A stretch of 64,000 nt of DNA from Guillardia theta CCMP2712 (GCF_000315625.1 NW_005434655.1:314093-378092); one strand, 5' to 3'. Counted from the stretch's first letter, positions 24,619 through 40,587 are shown. Notes: generated from the letters alone by a model not told the origin. Numbers and translations: made by a program.

Positions 24619-26147
24619 ATGGGTATGGAGATGAAAGGCCACCTCCAAGCAGGGCAAACAGCGATAGGATTCAGAACGACTTCAGCACGGGAAGCTCTCT
24701 GTCGCTGTTCCAAGTCGCTTCCAGCGGTGATATTTACAATTGCACTTCTGGTGATTTCACAAAGTATTCAGGAGACGCTGTTGCCGTTCGATCAGCTATC
24801 GAGAGAGGACTTTCAGTCAGGTGGTGGACCATATGTGTGTCGGGAACTTGTCTGCCTGCTCCTTTCCTGTTTCTTCCTCGTTTTGCTCTCTTTGACTTGG
24901 GCTGCAGCGTTACCGATGCGAGAGGTGCCACACCTCTTCATTACGCTTCATGGTGCGATGACTTGCCATGGGTCGTGGAATCTGAATTCTCACCCAGGTA
25001 TGGACATGTGTCAACGGTGGAAGTACTCCTGTCGGCGAACGCTCCTATCAACGCGGGTTGTTGCCCCCTGTTGGCGATGGGAGGGTAGAGGCTGAGAAGT
25101 TTTCAGTTTCGGGCGATGGTTTCACTCCACTCCATCTCGCCGCAGCCTTTGGACATGCCTCCGGTGAGATCATGGAGCTTGTTGCTTCGCCCTCGTCACC
25201 CTCAGCCAAGTTGTCCGCGTCCTCCTCAACGCTGGCGCCGATAGAAATCGGTTGGATCGAGATGGAAACTCAGCGTACGAGCTTGCTCGACGTGGTTCAC
25301 ACAGGTTGACGAGATAGATTTGCTGAGAGATGATGATGATGACCACGACGAGGATGATGGAGATGAAGTTGATGATGGCGGTGTGAGATGGAGATGGAGA
25401 TGACGAATCTCACAGCGGCGTCATGCAACTTCTCTCCGGTTCTAATTTGATGAACAACAACGACCGAGGCAATAACGAGCGCCAGGTTTCAAACTTCATC
25501 GCGGCACTGACTGAACTCAGTGTGTGTCAGGTCTGTACAGTAGCGTATGCGAAGCTAGGCTTGTGCGCGCCTGACGAGCAGACCAAGTCACTCGTGAGAA
25601 ACACCTTTGATGATGTTCACGAGCTGAGATGGAGTGGAGGTGGAGGCAGAGGAGCGAGAGACGGCTGCAAGAGAGGAGATGCTCAGGATGGAGGAGGACA
25701 GGAGGAGAGCGTAAGCGAGCATGAGCGACTTCTGCCATCCTTGTGAGAGCAGCTGCAGATATACAGGGGATGACGGCTCCTACCGGCAAAGGGCAGGACA
25801 TGAAAGGGGAGAGGTCAGCGGGTATCCTTGCTTTTGCTGTCGTGACGTGGAAACAGGACAAGAGGCATCGAGGTCCCATCCTCGTCAACAGGGACATGCA
25901 AGCTGAAGTTGGAATGAGAGTCCGCAAGTCGAAGGTCAGGCGCTCGACAGCCTGGAGAGACTCATGTAACGACCTGCTGCAGGAACGACTGGAGTTTGTT
26001 CAGCAGAACGGCTGGGAGGACCTCAGCGAAGGTCGAGCGGGGAGCATCGTCTCGTTGCTGGTGAGCAACCGAACACGAGATCGTGTCTCCTCAGTGTCTT
26101 CAAAGCTCACACGTGGTATCAGGGAGATGGGCGGCAGTGCCTGGTGA
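24619..26147 (+). CDS. Ankyrin-repeat protein (multi-exon; 3' end uncertain)
   Basis: DARGATPLHYASWYGHVSTVEVLLSANAPINA, GDGFTPLHLAAAFGHASVVRVLLNAGADRN and DRDGNSAYELA. Confidence 0.75.
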
Positions 26148-26451
26148 GATGGGACAACGGCAACGAAAACGAGTATGCCATCGGCTACGGGGACTTGTAC
26201 GATCTCATCCTTGACAGCGAGAAGTGATTGGAGCTATGAATTATTCAAACCACGATAGAAAGATTGTACCCCCTTGACCATGGTCATGACTTTCATCCCT
26301 CCTGTAATGCATGTGCTGTCTTGCAACCCTTGGCCGCAGAACCATTCCAACGGCCCCGTCTTGTATCCTATCTATATAAACCCAAGAAACCTCGCACCTA
26401 GAAACTTCTTCTCATCGTCGTCGTCTTTCTTTCTTGTTGTCGCTCCTGCTC

Positions 26452-26694
26452 TTATCCGTTGAGATAGCTGTTGAGGTTGTACCCCGTCTTCCCTCCTGGC
26501 CAGCAGATTCCATTTCCCTTGGCCGTGCGGATGCAGGCAGTCTGCACGCCGCCAGCGGAGGGAGAGGCCTTGTTGAGGGTGACCCAGCCAGCGCTCTTGC
26601 GGGAGCATGAGTGCGTGAAGGCTGGATCGAGGCAGGCGAGCGATGGGGAAGGAGGAGTGAAGGGCATGCCCGCAGTATGGTATACCAGCTGCAT
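26452..26694 (-). CDS. Small intronless Cys/Gly-rich protein (~70-80 aa)
   Basis: Strong C-ending codon bias, 4 Cys, ends ...GYNLNSYLNG*. A GGGGTA island lies directly upstream. Confidence 0.45.
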   Translation of the reverse strand: MQLVYHTAGMPFTPPSPSLACLDPAFTHSCSRKSAGWVTLNKASPSAGGVQTACIRTAKGNGICWPGGKTGYNLNSYLNG

Positions 26695-27001
26695 GGCGCC
26701 TGAAGGGTAGTCCTGCTGGGGGGTGGGGGGTGTAATAAGGTTGGGTAGAATGGAACGGGTCAAGAATCGAACAGTCAATTGAGGGGTATTATACTATAAG
26801 AAAGAGGGGTACTCCTACTTCAATTGAGATGGAAGTGGGGGTGAGTTACGAAAAGAATAGGGTAGGGGTAGGTATGCCTCTTCAGAGATTACCCGCCTCC
26901 CCACTTCAACTGATCGTTATGAACGGTTACAAAACTCAGAGTAGGTTGCTTTTACTGTCAATACATGAGAAGAAGAAAACTCAGAAGAAACTTGTCGGGC
27001 T

Positions 27002-30029
<3,028 letters not shown>

Positions 30030-30823
30030 GTCCAACTCCTTGACGATCAGCTCCTGCCATACGGAATCACTCACAACACATCAAGAGGGCCCCCCTTCTC
30101 TTTGCAGATACATCCCTCCTCGCTCCCAGCTCTATCTGTCGTTCCTTCGTCCCCCGCCCCTCTCCCTCTTCACCATAACATGCCAGATGATCTGAGTAGA
30201 GGGAAAGATGCTTCTACACATGTCGCTATAGCTTTTTCTGTGAATCTCTCTCATGTCTCTCTTGCTGCGCTGAAGATCCCCTCTCCTGACTCCCTGCGAC
30301 CTCGATCTCATGCCGTTGGCACGCTTGTTTCATTCGCGTCTTGTATCCTGACATCATCAGCCTACCACATCCTCTTCGAAACGTAAGTTCCTTCCTCTCC
30401 TTCCATCTCTCTCCTCTCCTCTCCTCCTCCTCCCTCCTCTCCTCTACCACCCTCCCCTCTCCCTCCCGCATTGTCTAATAGGAGGCCGCGCCCTTAAGCC
30501 TAGAGCGCCCCTCGTCCCCTCTCATAAAACCCCTGGGTCCCCCTCATCACGGGGGAGGAACTCCAAATAAAAGGGTCTAGTACCGGTATTTTTGTATGAT
30601 ATTTTGGGGGTACCTTTTCAGGAGGGGTGGGTGAGTTTGCAGGAAATCGCAATGGCAGCAAGGCGGCGACCAGGTTTAAGGATGATTAATTCAGCCTGTG
30701 CAATGATGACAATCGTGAAACCACCATAGCCTATCAGGAAATTGTAAAATCTATATCATGGTATCAATCATTTGAATTGCATCGTAGCAGTGTTTAATAT
30801 TTTCCACAATACGTACTTTTTTT

Positions 30824-32053
30824 CTACTTGCAGCCAGCAATGCTACGCAATCCCCGGAAACGTTGCATATTACCTGTTAATCCTTCATCCCATTGCCCTG
30901 ATTTAGCATATACTCGCTTTCGATTGTTCTTCTGCGTACTATTGTGTGGCTCCACATCATTATCAGATCCATCCCGTGCATTGAAAGCTTCACGGTCGTG
31001 CGGTTTGCTCAGGACAATTCGCTTCTTCGAATGCTCGTATACAAAAGGCAGGTTTGGATCCACCTTTTTAGATAATTCTATGCATGCCTGATTGAATTTT
31101 CTCAGAAAATCCTTCTTGTTCAGATGGCCGATCAACGACCACAGATTCTCTACACTATCCGTGCAGAGAGTTCGTGAATTGAAGTCATAGTCTCTATCAC
31201 CCAGCGCATGATTCTTATCCCTCACATACTGTTGTACTTGCAGATGAGTATCAATTGCAACTATGAAGCCTTCAAATGTTACAGATGATAGTCCCTTGAC
31301 ATGTTTTTGGCTGACACTGGTCCAGTCGATGCCTTCCAATAGCCATCTTCGACCCTCTTGAACGAGACGTATCCTCTCTGAAACTTTCAGCCCTCTTTCA
31401 TCGAATGCTTTGTGCAGGCCAGACATAGCCTCTGCCATTCTTGCTGTCGCTTCATGTCCTTCTGCCTTTAGTAGACTGATGGCCTTGTCACTGAACATCT
31501 TCAGCATGATATCCACCGATTGTGGATCGGCGGTCCCGTCGACTTCCATCTGAGTCATCCAAGCAGGATTCTTCTTGGCGATATCACTGTAAGCTTTATG
31601 CCATATCTGGGCTTCCGTAGAAGACGATTGAGACTTCCCTGATCCAATGGAATGCCTGACATTCTTCAACAAGTGATTGATGCACGGCGAGAAAAACAAC
31701 AACTTGTTCGTAATTGGAGAGAGGACGGGATTGGATAACCATTCGTCGAATTTAAAGCGGATCTTGTGTTCATCAAAGTCATTTAGTCCATCAGCTATTC
31801 TTCGCTCCATCTCCCAAGGAGTGAATGTTTCCCCCCCCTCTTCATTGTGCTTGGCCAATGAAAGAACTTCTTCATATCCGTACCGTCTGCAAAATATTTG
31901 AAACCTGCAAAACATCTCTTTCAGGGTCGCTCTGGGCCTCTTCCTCGTGTGGCATCGTAGCGTCTTCTCCTTCTGAACTTGCCATATGGCCTGGTTCTGT
32001 CGTAACTGCAAAACAAACTGTTTAATTTCTCTCATCTCAGCAACACACACCAT
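30824..32053 (-). mobile_element. P-element/THAP9-superfamily-like transposase ORF (N-terminally incomplete; no TIRs found)
   Basis: AT-richer long ORF with motifs in P-transposase order: IADG, NP..SP.TNKLLFFSPCINHLLKNVRH (DxxHLxKxxRN equivalent), DPQSV..M..FS, and NSRTLCTDSVENLWS (QDxLENxFS equivalent). Confidence 0.6.
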
Positions 32054-32430
32054 GCCACTTTCGAATGCTGGTCATTTCTCGTCGTCTGTGGCATGATGAG
32101 CATATTTTCTTCGCTGGAGGCCTCGGCCTGCCCATGGTGTGGGACAACATAGCTTTGCCCGCCAAAAATTTGATTTGAATTTTCTCGTGACACCCTGCCA
32201 TGGCATGCAGCACCCCCTAAATCCCCCGCCATAGTGCCCCGAACGCTCTGCATGGAGGCGCGATGAGGAAAGGAGGGGGGGTATTTAACTAAATATTTGT
32301 ACCAGTTAATTCCCACACTAGGGGTTGGCCCGTCTGTCAGATCGAATATAGCAGTTCCACCCACCCCCTCATCTCCTCCAATTTTTTCAGCGGATTTTCA
32401 GCCTGGTCGCTGTACGAAGTAGAGAAGGCG

Positions 32431-35155
32431 ATGGCGGGGGCGATGGCGGGGGCGATGGCGGGGGCGATAGAGAGAGTATTCCTAGTCGCCATGATCTCCC
32501 CTCTCATGCTCTCCTCCTCGCCCTCCGCTATCTCTCTGGCAGGACCTCTGGCTCCTCGTATGCCATCGCCTCTTCATCATCTCAGATCGGAGAGGATGTG
32601 CCTGCGAGGAGGGAGCGACAGGCAAGCGGAGACAGCCTCCCTGAACGCGACAGAGGTAGCGAGGCAGAGAGAACTGCGAAAGAAGGCGAAGCAGGAGGAG
32701 AAGGCTCAGAAGAAGCTCATGAAGCAGATGGACAAGAACGAGTCCGAGGCCCATCGATTTCCCACAGACATCCCAATGTTCTGCGACAATCAACCTTGTC
32801 CGGAGCTCTTCGGAGAGATGGAGATGGTGAAGTCACAGAGCGCATGTACAAGGAGGTATCTCTCTTCTTCCGAGCTCGACGGGCTGCCGGAAGGGGAGAG
32901 CTTCTGGATCAGAGCGAGAGTCCAACAATCGCGAGTGAAGGGAAACACAGTCTTCCTGGTGCTGCGGCTGCAGGGCGTCACGGTGCAAGCGGCTCTGTTC
33001 AAGAGCGACAGCGTGACCAAGGACATGATCCGCTTCTGTGGCTCCATCCCTCGAGAGTCGGTCGTAGACGTCCAGGGAGGGAAAGTGGCGGCGACTGTCA
33101 CTTCGTGCAAGGTCACCACGTACGAGGTTCACGTTCAACGGATCTACTGCGTGAGTCGAGCGGCTCCTGCTCTTCCTCTCCTCCTCGAGGATGCTGCACG
33201 ACCGTCAGAGGCGAGGGACAACGTGAGCGTCGAGCAGCGGGCAGACGCTGACTCAGAGCAGCGGGAGGTGGTTGTGAACCTGGAGACTCGGCTGAACGAG
33301 CGGGTGCTGGACTTGAGAAGCCCTTCACACAACAGTATCATGAGGATTCAGTCGCACGTGGGTCAGGCCTTCAGGAACTTCTTGGCCGCAAGAGGCTTCG
33401 TCGAGATCCACACGCCGAAGCTGCAAGGAGGAAGCAGCTGCGAGGGAGGGGCCGCAGTGTTCCCGCTGGACTACTTTGGCAGGTGAACTCTGTCTCTCCT
33501 CCTCATCCCGCCACGTCGACTGAGCGCGAGTGAGCAGCAAGGCCTGGCTCGCGCAGTCGCCGCAGCTCCACAAGCAGATGGCTGTCATGAGCGGCTTCGA
33601 GAGGGTGATGGAGGTTGGGCCCGTCTTCCGCGCCGAGTCCTCGCACACCTCAAGGTAACGACTGTCCCTCCTCCCTGCCCTTCTGACGACCTCAGGCACC
33701 TGTGCGAGTTTGTCGGCCTTGACTTTGAGATGGAAATCTCCGAGAGCTATGCTGAGGTGGGAGCTCGCGGACACGTCCAGCAGAGCTGATGGTGCTTGAC
33801 AGGCGATGGACATCGTTGAAGGTTTTGTGGTGACATTGCTGGAGGAGCTCTACCATTCGCAGGTCGGTGACATACCTTCTCATGCTCCCCTCCTGCACAA
33901 ACTGGATCTCAATTCCTCCTCCTTCCTTCCCTGCTTCACCCTCCCCCAGCCACTTCCCTTGCTATCAACCTGCCTTGTTGTCGCCAGTCGTCCTCCCTCC
34001 CGTTGAGCAAGCTGAGATCCTTCCTGTAGCCTCTCAGCTCCCACGTCGATGAGGTCGCGAAGCAGTATCCCTGCAAGAGGCTTCGCTGCAGGCACGTGAA
34101 CTTCTCCTCCTCCTCCCCTCTCGCTCATCCTGCGCCAGGCGAGCGGGAGACAACCTGAGGCTCTCCTACAAGGAGGCCGTGGACTTGCTCAACGATCGAG
34201 GGTGCACTAACGAGGATGGATCCAAGGTGAGACTTGTCGGGAGCCTGCAGCAGGCAGAACCTGTCCTCTGCTGTGACTCGGTCGGAGACTCTTGTGACCT
34301 CCGGGGTCAACAGATCCGGCACGATCAGGACCTGAGCACTCAGCTGGAGCGCCTGCTGGGGGAGATCGTCGCGGAGAAGCATGAGACGGACTTCTTCTTC
34401 ATCACTGACTTCCCTTCCGGTCCTCCCCCGCGGCTCTCCTCCTGCTCCTGCTCTTGCTGCTAGTCCTTCTCCTCTCCTCCTCCCTTCTCTTCCTCCTCCT
34501 TCCCTGCTCCCTAAATTGCTGCCCTTTGTTCTCACTTTTCCTCCATCACTGTCCTGCATTTGAGACTTGAGACGGCAGGCGTAAGGCCCTTCTACTCGAT
34601 GCCCTCCTCCTCCGACCCCTCCTCCTCCAACTCCTTCGACGCTTATCTCCGAGGACAAGTCAGCGCACTGCAGGCTCTTCCCTCTCCTCACGCTCCTCCA
34701 GGAAATCTGCAGCGGAGCGCAAAGAATCCATGACAGCTCCCTCCTTGTCGAGTCGCTCAAATCCCGGGGGATCGACCCATCGAGCATGCAGGTCAAAGGA
34801 GAGAGGGAGGAAGAGAGAGGGGGGTGGGGTATCACAGGAGAGGGAAATTAGGAGGAAACTAGGGAGGGGGGGTGGGGGGTACAGTGAACCTCCCCTGCCC
34901 TGCCCTGCCCTTGGGCTCTTCCCTCTTTGTCGCTCTTCTCTCCTCGTTGACGCTACCTCACGCAGCCCTACATCAATTCCTTCAAGTACGGCGGCTCCCC
35001 GCATGCTGGCGCCGGGCTCGGGTTGGAGCGACTGACCATGACGATCCTGGGGCTCGACAACATCCGACTTGCGTCCATGTGAGGATGAGCTGATGTCGGC
35101 GTTTGTGACGAGCTGCCGCAGGTTTCCCCGCGACCCCAAGCGACTTTCTCCCTGA
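32431..35155 (+). CDS. DARS: Aspartyl-tRNA synthetase, eukaryotic cytosolic type, with N-terminal targeting leader
   Basis: OB fold ([19 protein letters not shown]), [74 protein letters not shown] and [10 protein letters not shown]. Confidence 0.96.
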
Positions 35156-35379
35156 GCTTCTCCTCCTATCGTCTCATCTTCCTTAGTACGCTGACTGCAC
35201 CATGTTCCTCCTCCTCCTCCTACCCTCTCTTTCCCCCTCGCTATCAGCCCATGGCCTCGTCTTGAGTCATCAGTCCGGCTGATCTCACTAGAATCTCGGT
35301 GCTTTAATGATACAAACGAACACATCAGAAGGACAGTAGCTAAGCGGCTTGCTTGCGCGTTAACTTGACGATGCCGCCA

Positions 35380-37205
35380 TCACCGTGAGGAGACGGGGAG
35401 GAAGTCGCCATGGTTGCTGAGGAGGAAGAGGAGCGAGCCGATCTGAGCTCCAGCTCCTGCCTTGAGCATGGAGACCACGAGCGGCGTCCTGAGCTCTGAG
35501 TAAGGATTCGCCTCCTCTGAGCTGTAGAGGAACGCGGCGCAGAAGAGGAGGAACGTGCAGCACTTGATCGCCTCCACCCTGACGCCTTTCATCCCCTCGG
35601 CATCCAGCAGCAGCCCCTGGCAGTAGAGCGAGGACAGCACGCAACCCCCGAGGAGGAGCCTGACGGGGTAGGGAGTGGAGGAGAAGAGCAGGACCACAAA
35701 GCCTGCTAGCACTGCGATGAGGAAGTGAACCAAGACGTAGGCCTTGCCGGCTGCCGGCAAGTCCGACCGCTTCCTGATCCTCTGAGCGCTGGAGGAGGGA
35801 GGCAGGAGCGCGCGAGTTGCGGTCACTGTGCTGAAGCCTGGGCCCACCAGTGCCGCGCGAAAGACGCCAGTGAAGCCTCGGAAGTGACGGATGGAGTCGA
35901 AGATGGGCTGCCAGAACTGGAGCTGCAGCACCACGTCCGTCCACGACCTGACCTTGGCGGCTGTACCGAAGAGCATGACCTCCTCCTGGGGGAGGCGCTC
36001 TGAGGAAGGAGAAGCGTCGAGATGCTTGAGCCCTTCGGTCTCGTCCAGGAAGGTGCCGAACAAGCGATCCCACACGATGAGGAAGCCGCCGAAGTTCTTG
36101 TGGACCCTCCGATCATGATGCACGCGGTGATGCGAAGGCGTCATGAAGAACCACTCCAACACCCCCAGCCTCCTGATCAGGCACGTGTGCACCCAGAACT
36201 GATAGGCCACGTTGGCCTGATCCAGCCCCGAGTAGAGGGCGGGATGGAGGAACAAGGCCATGGGGAAGTAGAAGACGCTGCCTATGAGGGTGGCCCACCA
36301 AGACTGCCGGAGGGCCGTGGACAGGTTGTAGTACTCCGAGGAATGATGGACCGAGTGGCCGGCCCAGATGATCTGGACCTGATGCGCCAGTCGATGAAAC
36401 CAGTAGTAGCAGAAGTCAGTGAAGACAAACCCAAACACCCAGACCCAAGGCTGTTCCACTGGGAACTGCAATGCACGTCACTCCTGCCAGGCCTCGAGCA
36501 AGAACTCACCATCCGAGCGAGGCCTGAAGGAAGACCGTAGTTGTAGTAAATGTAAGAGTAGGGCACAAGGCTCAACTTCAGCGGCGCCTTGATCTGAGAC
36601 GAAACAAGTTAACATGTGCACGAGCCTGTCAGACTCTATCGCATCGCACCAAGGCTACAGACATCTGTTGGGTGGTCCCTGCCGTCAATGACGACCAGGT
36701 GTCGGACATGTCGTATCGTCCTCCAACGCATTGCAAACCAGCAGCTACGGAGATCACCATCTCGGCGAGAATCATCGCAAGGAAGAGCCTTGAAATACAG
36801 AGGTGACAAACATGTTGCCGGAAGCAATGGAGTACGTGCTTACGGAATGCATGCTAGAATGTAGTCGGGCGATCCCGATGCCTTCACCACCTCGATGGCT
36901 CCTTCGAGCCCGCCATAAGCTGAAGCTACCGACTCGCTGGTACAAACTGGGCTGCCTTTTCCGTTTCCGCAAATTCTGCTGGTGAAGTACATCGGAGTGA
37001 TGTAGAACGCAAGGCTGAAAGATGTAACGACGATCGCGATGATCGACACGGAAGCCCATGGCGGCGGATCTACCTGCAGCAGAATGAGCATGCAACATCA
37101 TCCGGTCAAACAAGAGTTTACAGCTCGGAATTCCGCGCCTTTGCTAGAGCCCTTCTTCTCTGGTGCTCTCTGAGTGATGGTAACAGACCCGACGGTGCTT
37201 GACAT
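35380..37205 (-). CDS. AGMO: Alkylglycerol monooxygenase-like (fatty acid hydroxylase superfamily)
   Basis: His boxes DFCYYWFHRLAH, WAGHSVHHSSEYYNLSTALRQS, YQFWVHT and TPSHHRVHH, plus KNFGG.LIVWDRLFGTF. Upstream transmembrane exons. Confidence 0.85.
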
Positions 37206-37803
37206 CCTGTTCAGATCATCATCAGCTCTCCATGTAGTTCCCCTCAATCTCATCTCGTTTGCTCTTCGTGTGCTTGCAGCTGCATCAAGCAGCCCGCCTG
37301 GCTCGCCTTGCGTTCCCTCGCCTGATGCATCTACTTGTTCTATTTCGACTTCTTCCCCTCTCCTTCTCCTCTCCCTTCCCCTATACTCTCCTCCCCTCCC
37401 TCCATTCCCCTCCCCGTCATGTTTGTTGCATTTATCCATTTTTGCCTTCAAAATTCTTTTAAAAGGGGGTAGTCCTCACCCCTATATCTCCCACTTTACT
37501 AGACTAGATAGGGTAGGGTAGTGTATATCGGAATTGGGGGCCAAGCGCATGGAGGGGTCCTTTTGATTCAAGGACTGTCACAGCCAGTCATAAGAGGGGT
37601 ACTTTCCAGTGGATCTCGGGGGTAGACATAAAACAGGCAAATGGGGTGGGGTAGTGAAGCTAAAAGGGCTTTTTAACTCTTGGCGGCAGAAGAGACACTC
37701 TCTTAGTTTTACTCAAAGTTAAGTTAAAAATCAGTACGAGGACAATAGTGGGGACATCAACACCGGCGGCGGCCTTACCGGGTCTTGTGCTGACTGTAAC
37801 GGG

Positions 37804-38622
37804 ATGGGTAACGGGATGATGGCGGAGGAGATGAGAAGCGGGAGTGGGAGAGGAGATGCGGTCATGATACGATACGATCATGGCATCGGCCGGCATATGC
37901 GGTCACAGGGAGTGAGGAAGAGAAATGAAACTCGGAGGCTGCCGTGGAGCATACATACATACATGAACGCATCACTTGTTGTCTGCTGCATGCTTCCTCC
38001 AACTTCGCCTCTTGCGCGTCACTCAGTCTGCTTGTAGGTTGGAGGAGAGATGTTCACCCCTCCCATCGGTAGCAGCAAACATGACGGCGATGACATAGCA
38101 CGCCTGCGCGACGAATTGATGACACGGTAGAGGACAATGCGTGAAGCATTTCTTGGAATATGATTCATGTGCAGCCGCAACATGCTAGAGCAACAGCAAA
38201 AGAAGGATACCAGAACGCCGCATCTTGGATTGCTGGCACAAGAAGAGATGTACGAGATTAGGTGTGAAGTGAGCTTTGAATAGCTATCAGACGTCTGACA
38301 CGTTGGAAGACAAACAGGCGGGGGCAAGCATGGTGAGTTGACATCTGTTCAGGAGCATGAATACACAAGGCTGCAGGTATTGAACCCGGATCTCAACAAA
38401 GGGATGGCTGACAACAGACAGGATGTCATGTCGAGGTTCAAAGTGATCTACAACGAAGAGAGCAGCCGGCTCAAGGACGCTCTGAGAAGGTTCTTGGAGA
38501 GCAACAGCACCCTGGAGAAGGTGGAGCAAGCCCGTCGCTCCTCCGTATCGCTCATGTTGTTGCAGGCCCTCAAGGAATGTGTGGAATGCGAAGAAGCCCT
38601 GCTGGCATCGGAGTCTTTGTGA
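37804..38622 (+). CDS. Hypothetical helical protein (multi-exon)
   Basis: Splice-bounded coding blocks, last exon HEYTRLQVLNP...EEALLASESL*. Confidence 0.4.
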
Positions 38623-38650
38623 ACGGAATAGCGAGAAGAGGGTGGTTTGT

Positions 38651-40587
38651 TTATTTCTGTAAATGATACACGCAATCATGTACTGCCTTGCTCCTGTAAT
38701 CCTCCCACATCATGTTCCGTCTGAGGTCTTCTCGAATGTCGTCGTCATCGAACAAGTATTCCATGTCGTCACATAGCTGGTCGCTCGATCAGGTTTTGCT
38801 CAGGTGTCTCAGTGATATACCTCTTTCAATCGCTCTGACAACCCTCCCTCCACAAGCTTGAGAAACGACGATCTTGAAAGCACCAGCAACTCGCTTTCAT
38901 ACTGCCACACGTGTAAATCGAACAAGAGGAGGATAAGAGGAGCAGATTTGATGGTATGTAGATCGAGTGTTACCGATGCGACGACAGTAGCTGACCTTCG
39001 CTTCTTGTGGATCATCGACCATTCCCCGAAGAAGTCTCCCTGGGGACGAGCTCAACAGAGAGAGGAGCGTGTGTCGGTACAGTACCCTCAGCAGCTGCCG
39101 AAGTTCGACATGCCTTGTCGCTCTCCTGTACTTCTATCCCAATTGTGAGCGACTGCATGCTGAGATGTCGACAACCTCAAGGGACGTCGGACTCGCAGGC
39201 ATCCTTAGCTCCGTCCTCGCCCCTCCTTCCCTCCTGCTCAAACCCGCGGGCGCTTGACTGCTGCTCCTGTCCGGTCTCTCCGTCACGTAAGGCAACCCTT
39301 TCCTTGCCCTCACCGCTTGATCCCCATAGACCCGTCGCTTCTCCTCGCGTGCTCGTTTTCCTCCATCCCCTTCGCTCTTGCCTGGAGGACACACCCTTGA
39401 TTGTCATGCACATGGACGCGGGTCTCACGTTGCTCGGGCTGGACATGCTGCTGCGCGGAGGATCCTCCTTGCTTATCCTCTTGATCACTCGGCACTGAGA
39501 GCAGCGACGTCATGTTGTCAGCACCCGCTGGAGGAGACTTACCATCCCTCGGAGGATGAGGAAGAACTCGGACGGAGAGTCTCCTTCTCTCACAACAACC
39601 TCACCAGCCTTGCAGTGTCGGACCTGCTAAGAAGTAAGGAGGAAGCAGAGGCAAGCAGCTGGTTCCTTGGTCGCATCGACAAGTCTCTGAAGCTGTTCCT
39701 CTTCGACCTTCTCAAACAACTTGGTGGATCTGAGGAAGGAGGAGTATTCCTTGACCTGCACGGGTGCAGTCAGAAGAAGCGGAAGCTTCCAAGAGCTTCA
39801 CACCAGGTCCGAGCAGCAGGAGCGATAGAGTTCCCTCGATATCCTTACCACCCCTGACCCACCAGCCTCAACGCGAGCACAAGGGAGGAGTCAAGGAACC
39901 GCTCTGATCGTGAAAGACTTGAACCTCTGAAGGTGATGCCTGACCATCGTCTGACTGCAGGCTCCCGTACGCGTCGCCCGGGAGGAGGAGATGTTGCTCG
40001 GCCTCTTGTTCGCCTCCTTTTCCTCTGCATTCCACTCGCACTGAGCCATAGACAATGATGTCGAGGAAATCACAAGCCTCGTCCTGCAGGTCTATCAAGA
40101 CATGTTTGATTCCTGTAGGACTTACCTTGTTAAGAAGAAATTCATCTTTCCTCAGGTTGTGATAGAATGTACATTTCTGCAACAGCTGAGAGCATGTCAC
40201 AATAAGCTTCAGATTGGCTTTTGCTCTACTTTGAACCAGAGAGCTTGGTTTTGATCTTTGTCTTGCAATGAAGAATAGAACTGAAAGCCTTCGACTTGCT
40301 GCACAAGTGCCTGCAGCTAAAACGACATTCAGAAGCAAGCAGCTCATGCTCACTAGCACTTTTCTCTTGTCTCGCAGATGCCATTCCGGCGTGAGCGATT
40401 GACAGAAGGCCTTGTTGATGTCGTCTGCTAGTGAATCCTGCTCGCGTTTTTCCAAGAGAGCGTCGATCTCATGGTAGAGGGAACGGATGGAGCAAGTGTC
40501 TTGACTCTCCTTGTCTTGCTCCTCATCTGCTGCATTGTGAACACACTCCCTTGAGCCCGAGCCCTCACTCTGTGATCTCCGTCGCAT
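38651..40587 (-). CDS. Cyclic nucleotide-binding domain protein (CNBD-like, multi-exon)
   Basis: LFEKVEEEQLQRLVDATK-VRHCKAGEVVVREGDSPSEFFLILRGMCRV and GDFFGEWSMIHKKRRSATVVA. A degenerate first domain has IIVYGSVRV...PGDAYG. Confidence 0.8.

Noticed and set aside
30621-32410. Possible TIRs around the transposase (ggggtgggtg/cacccacccc and gcgaccagg/cctggtcgc)
   Set aside because: The two short matches occur in the wrong relative order for an inverted terminal repeat, and no TSD was seen.
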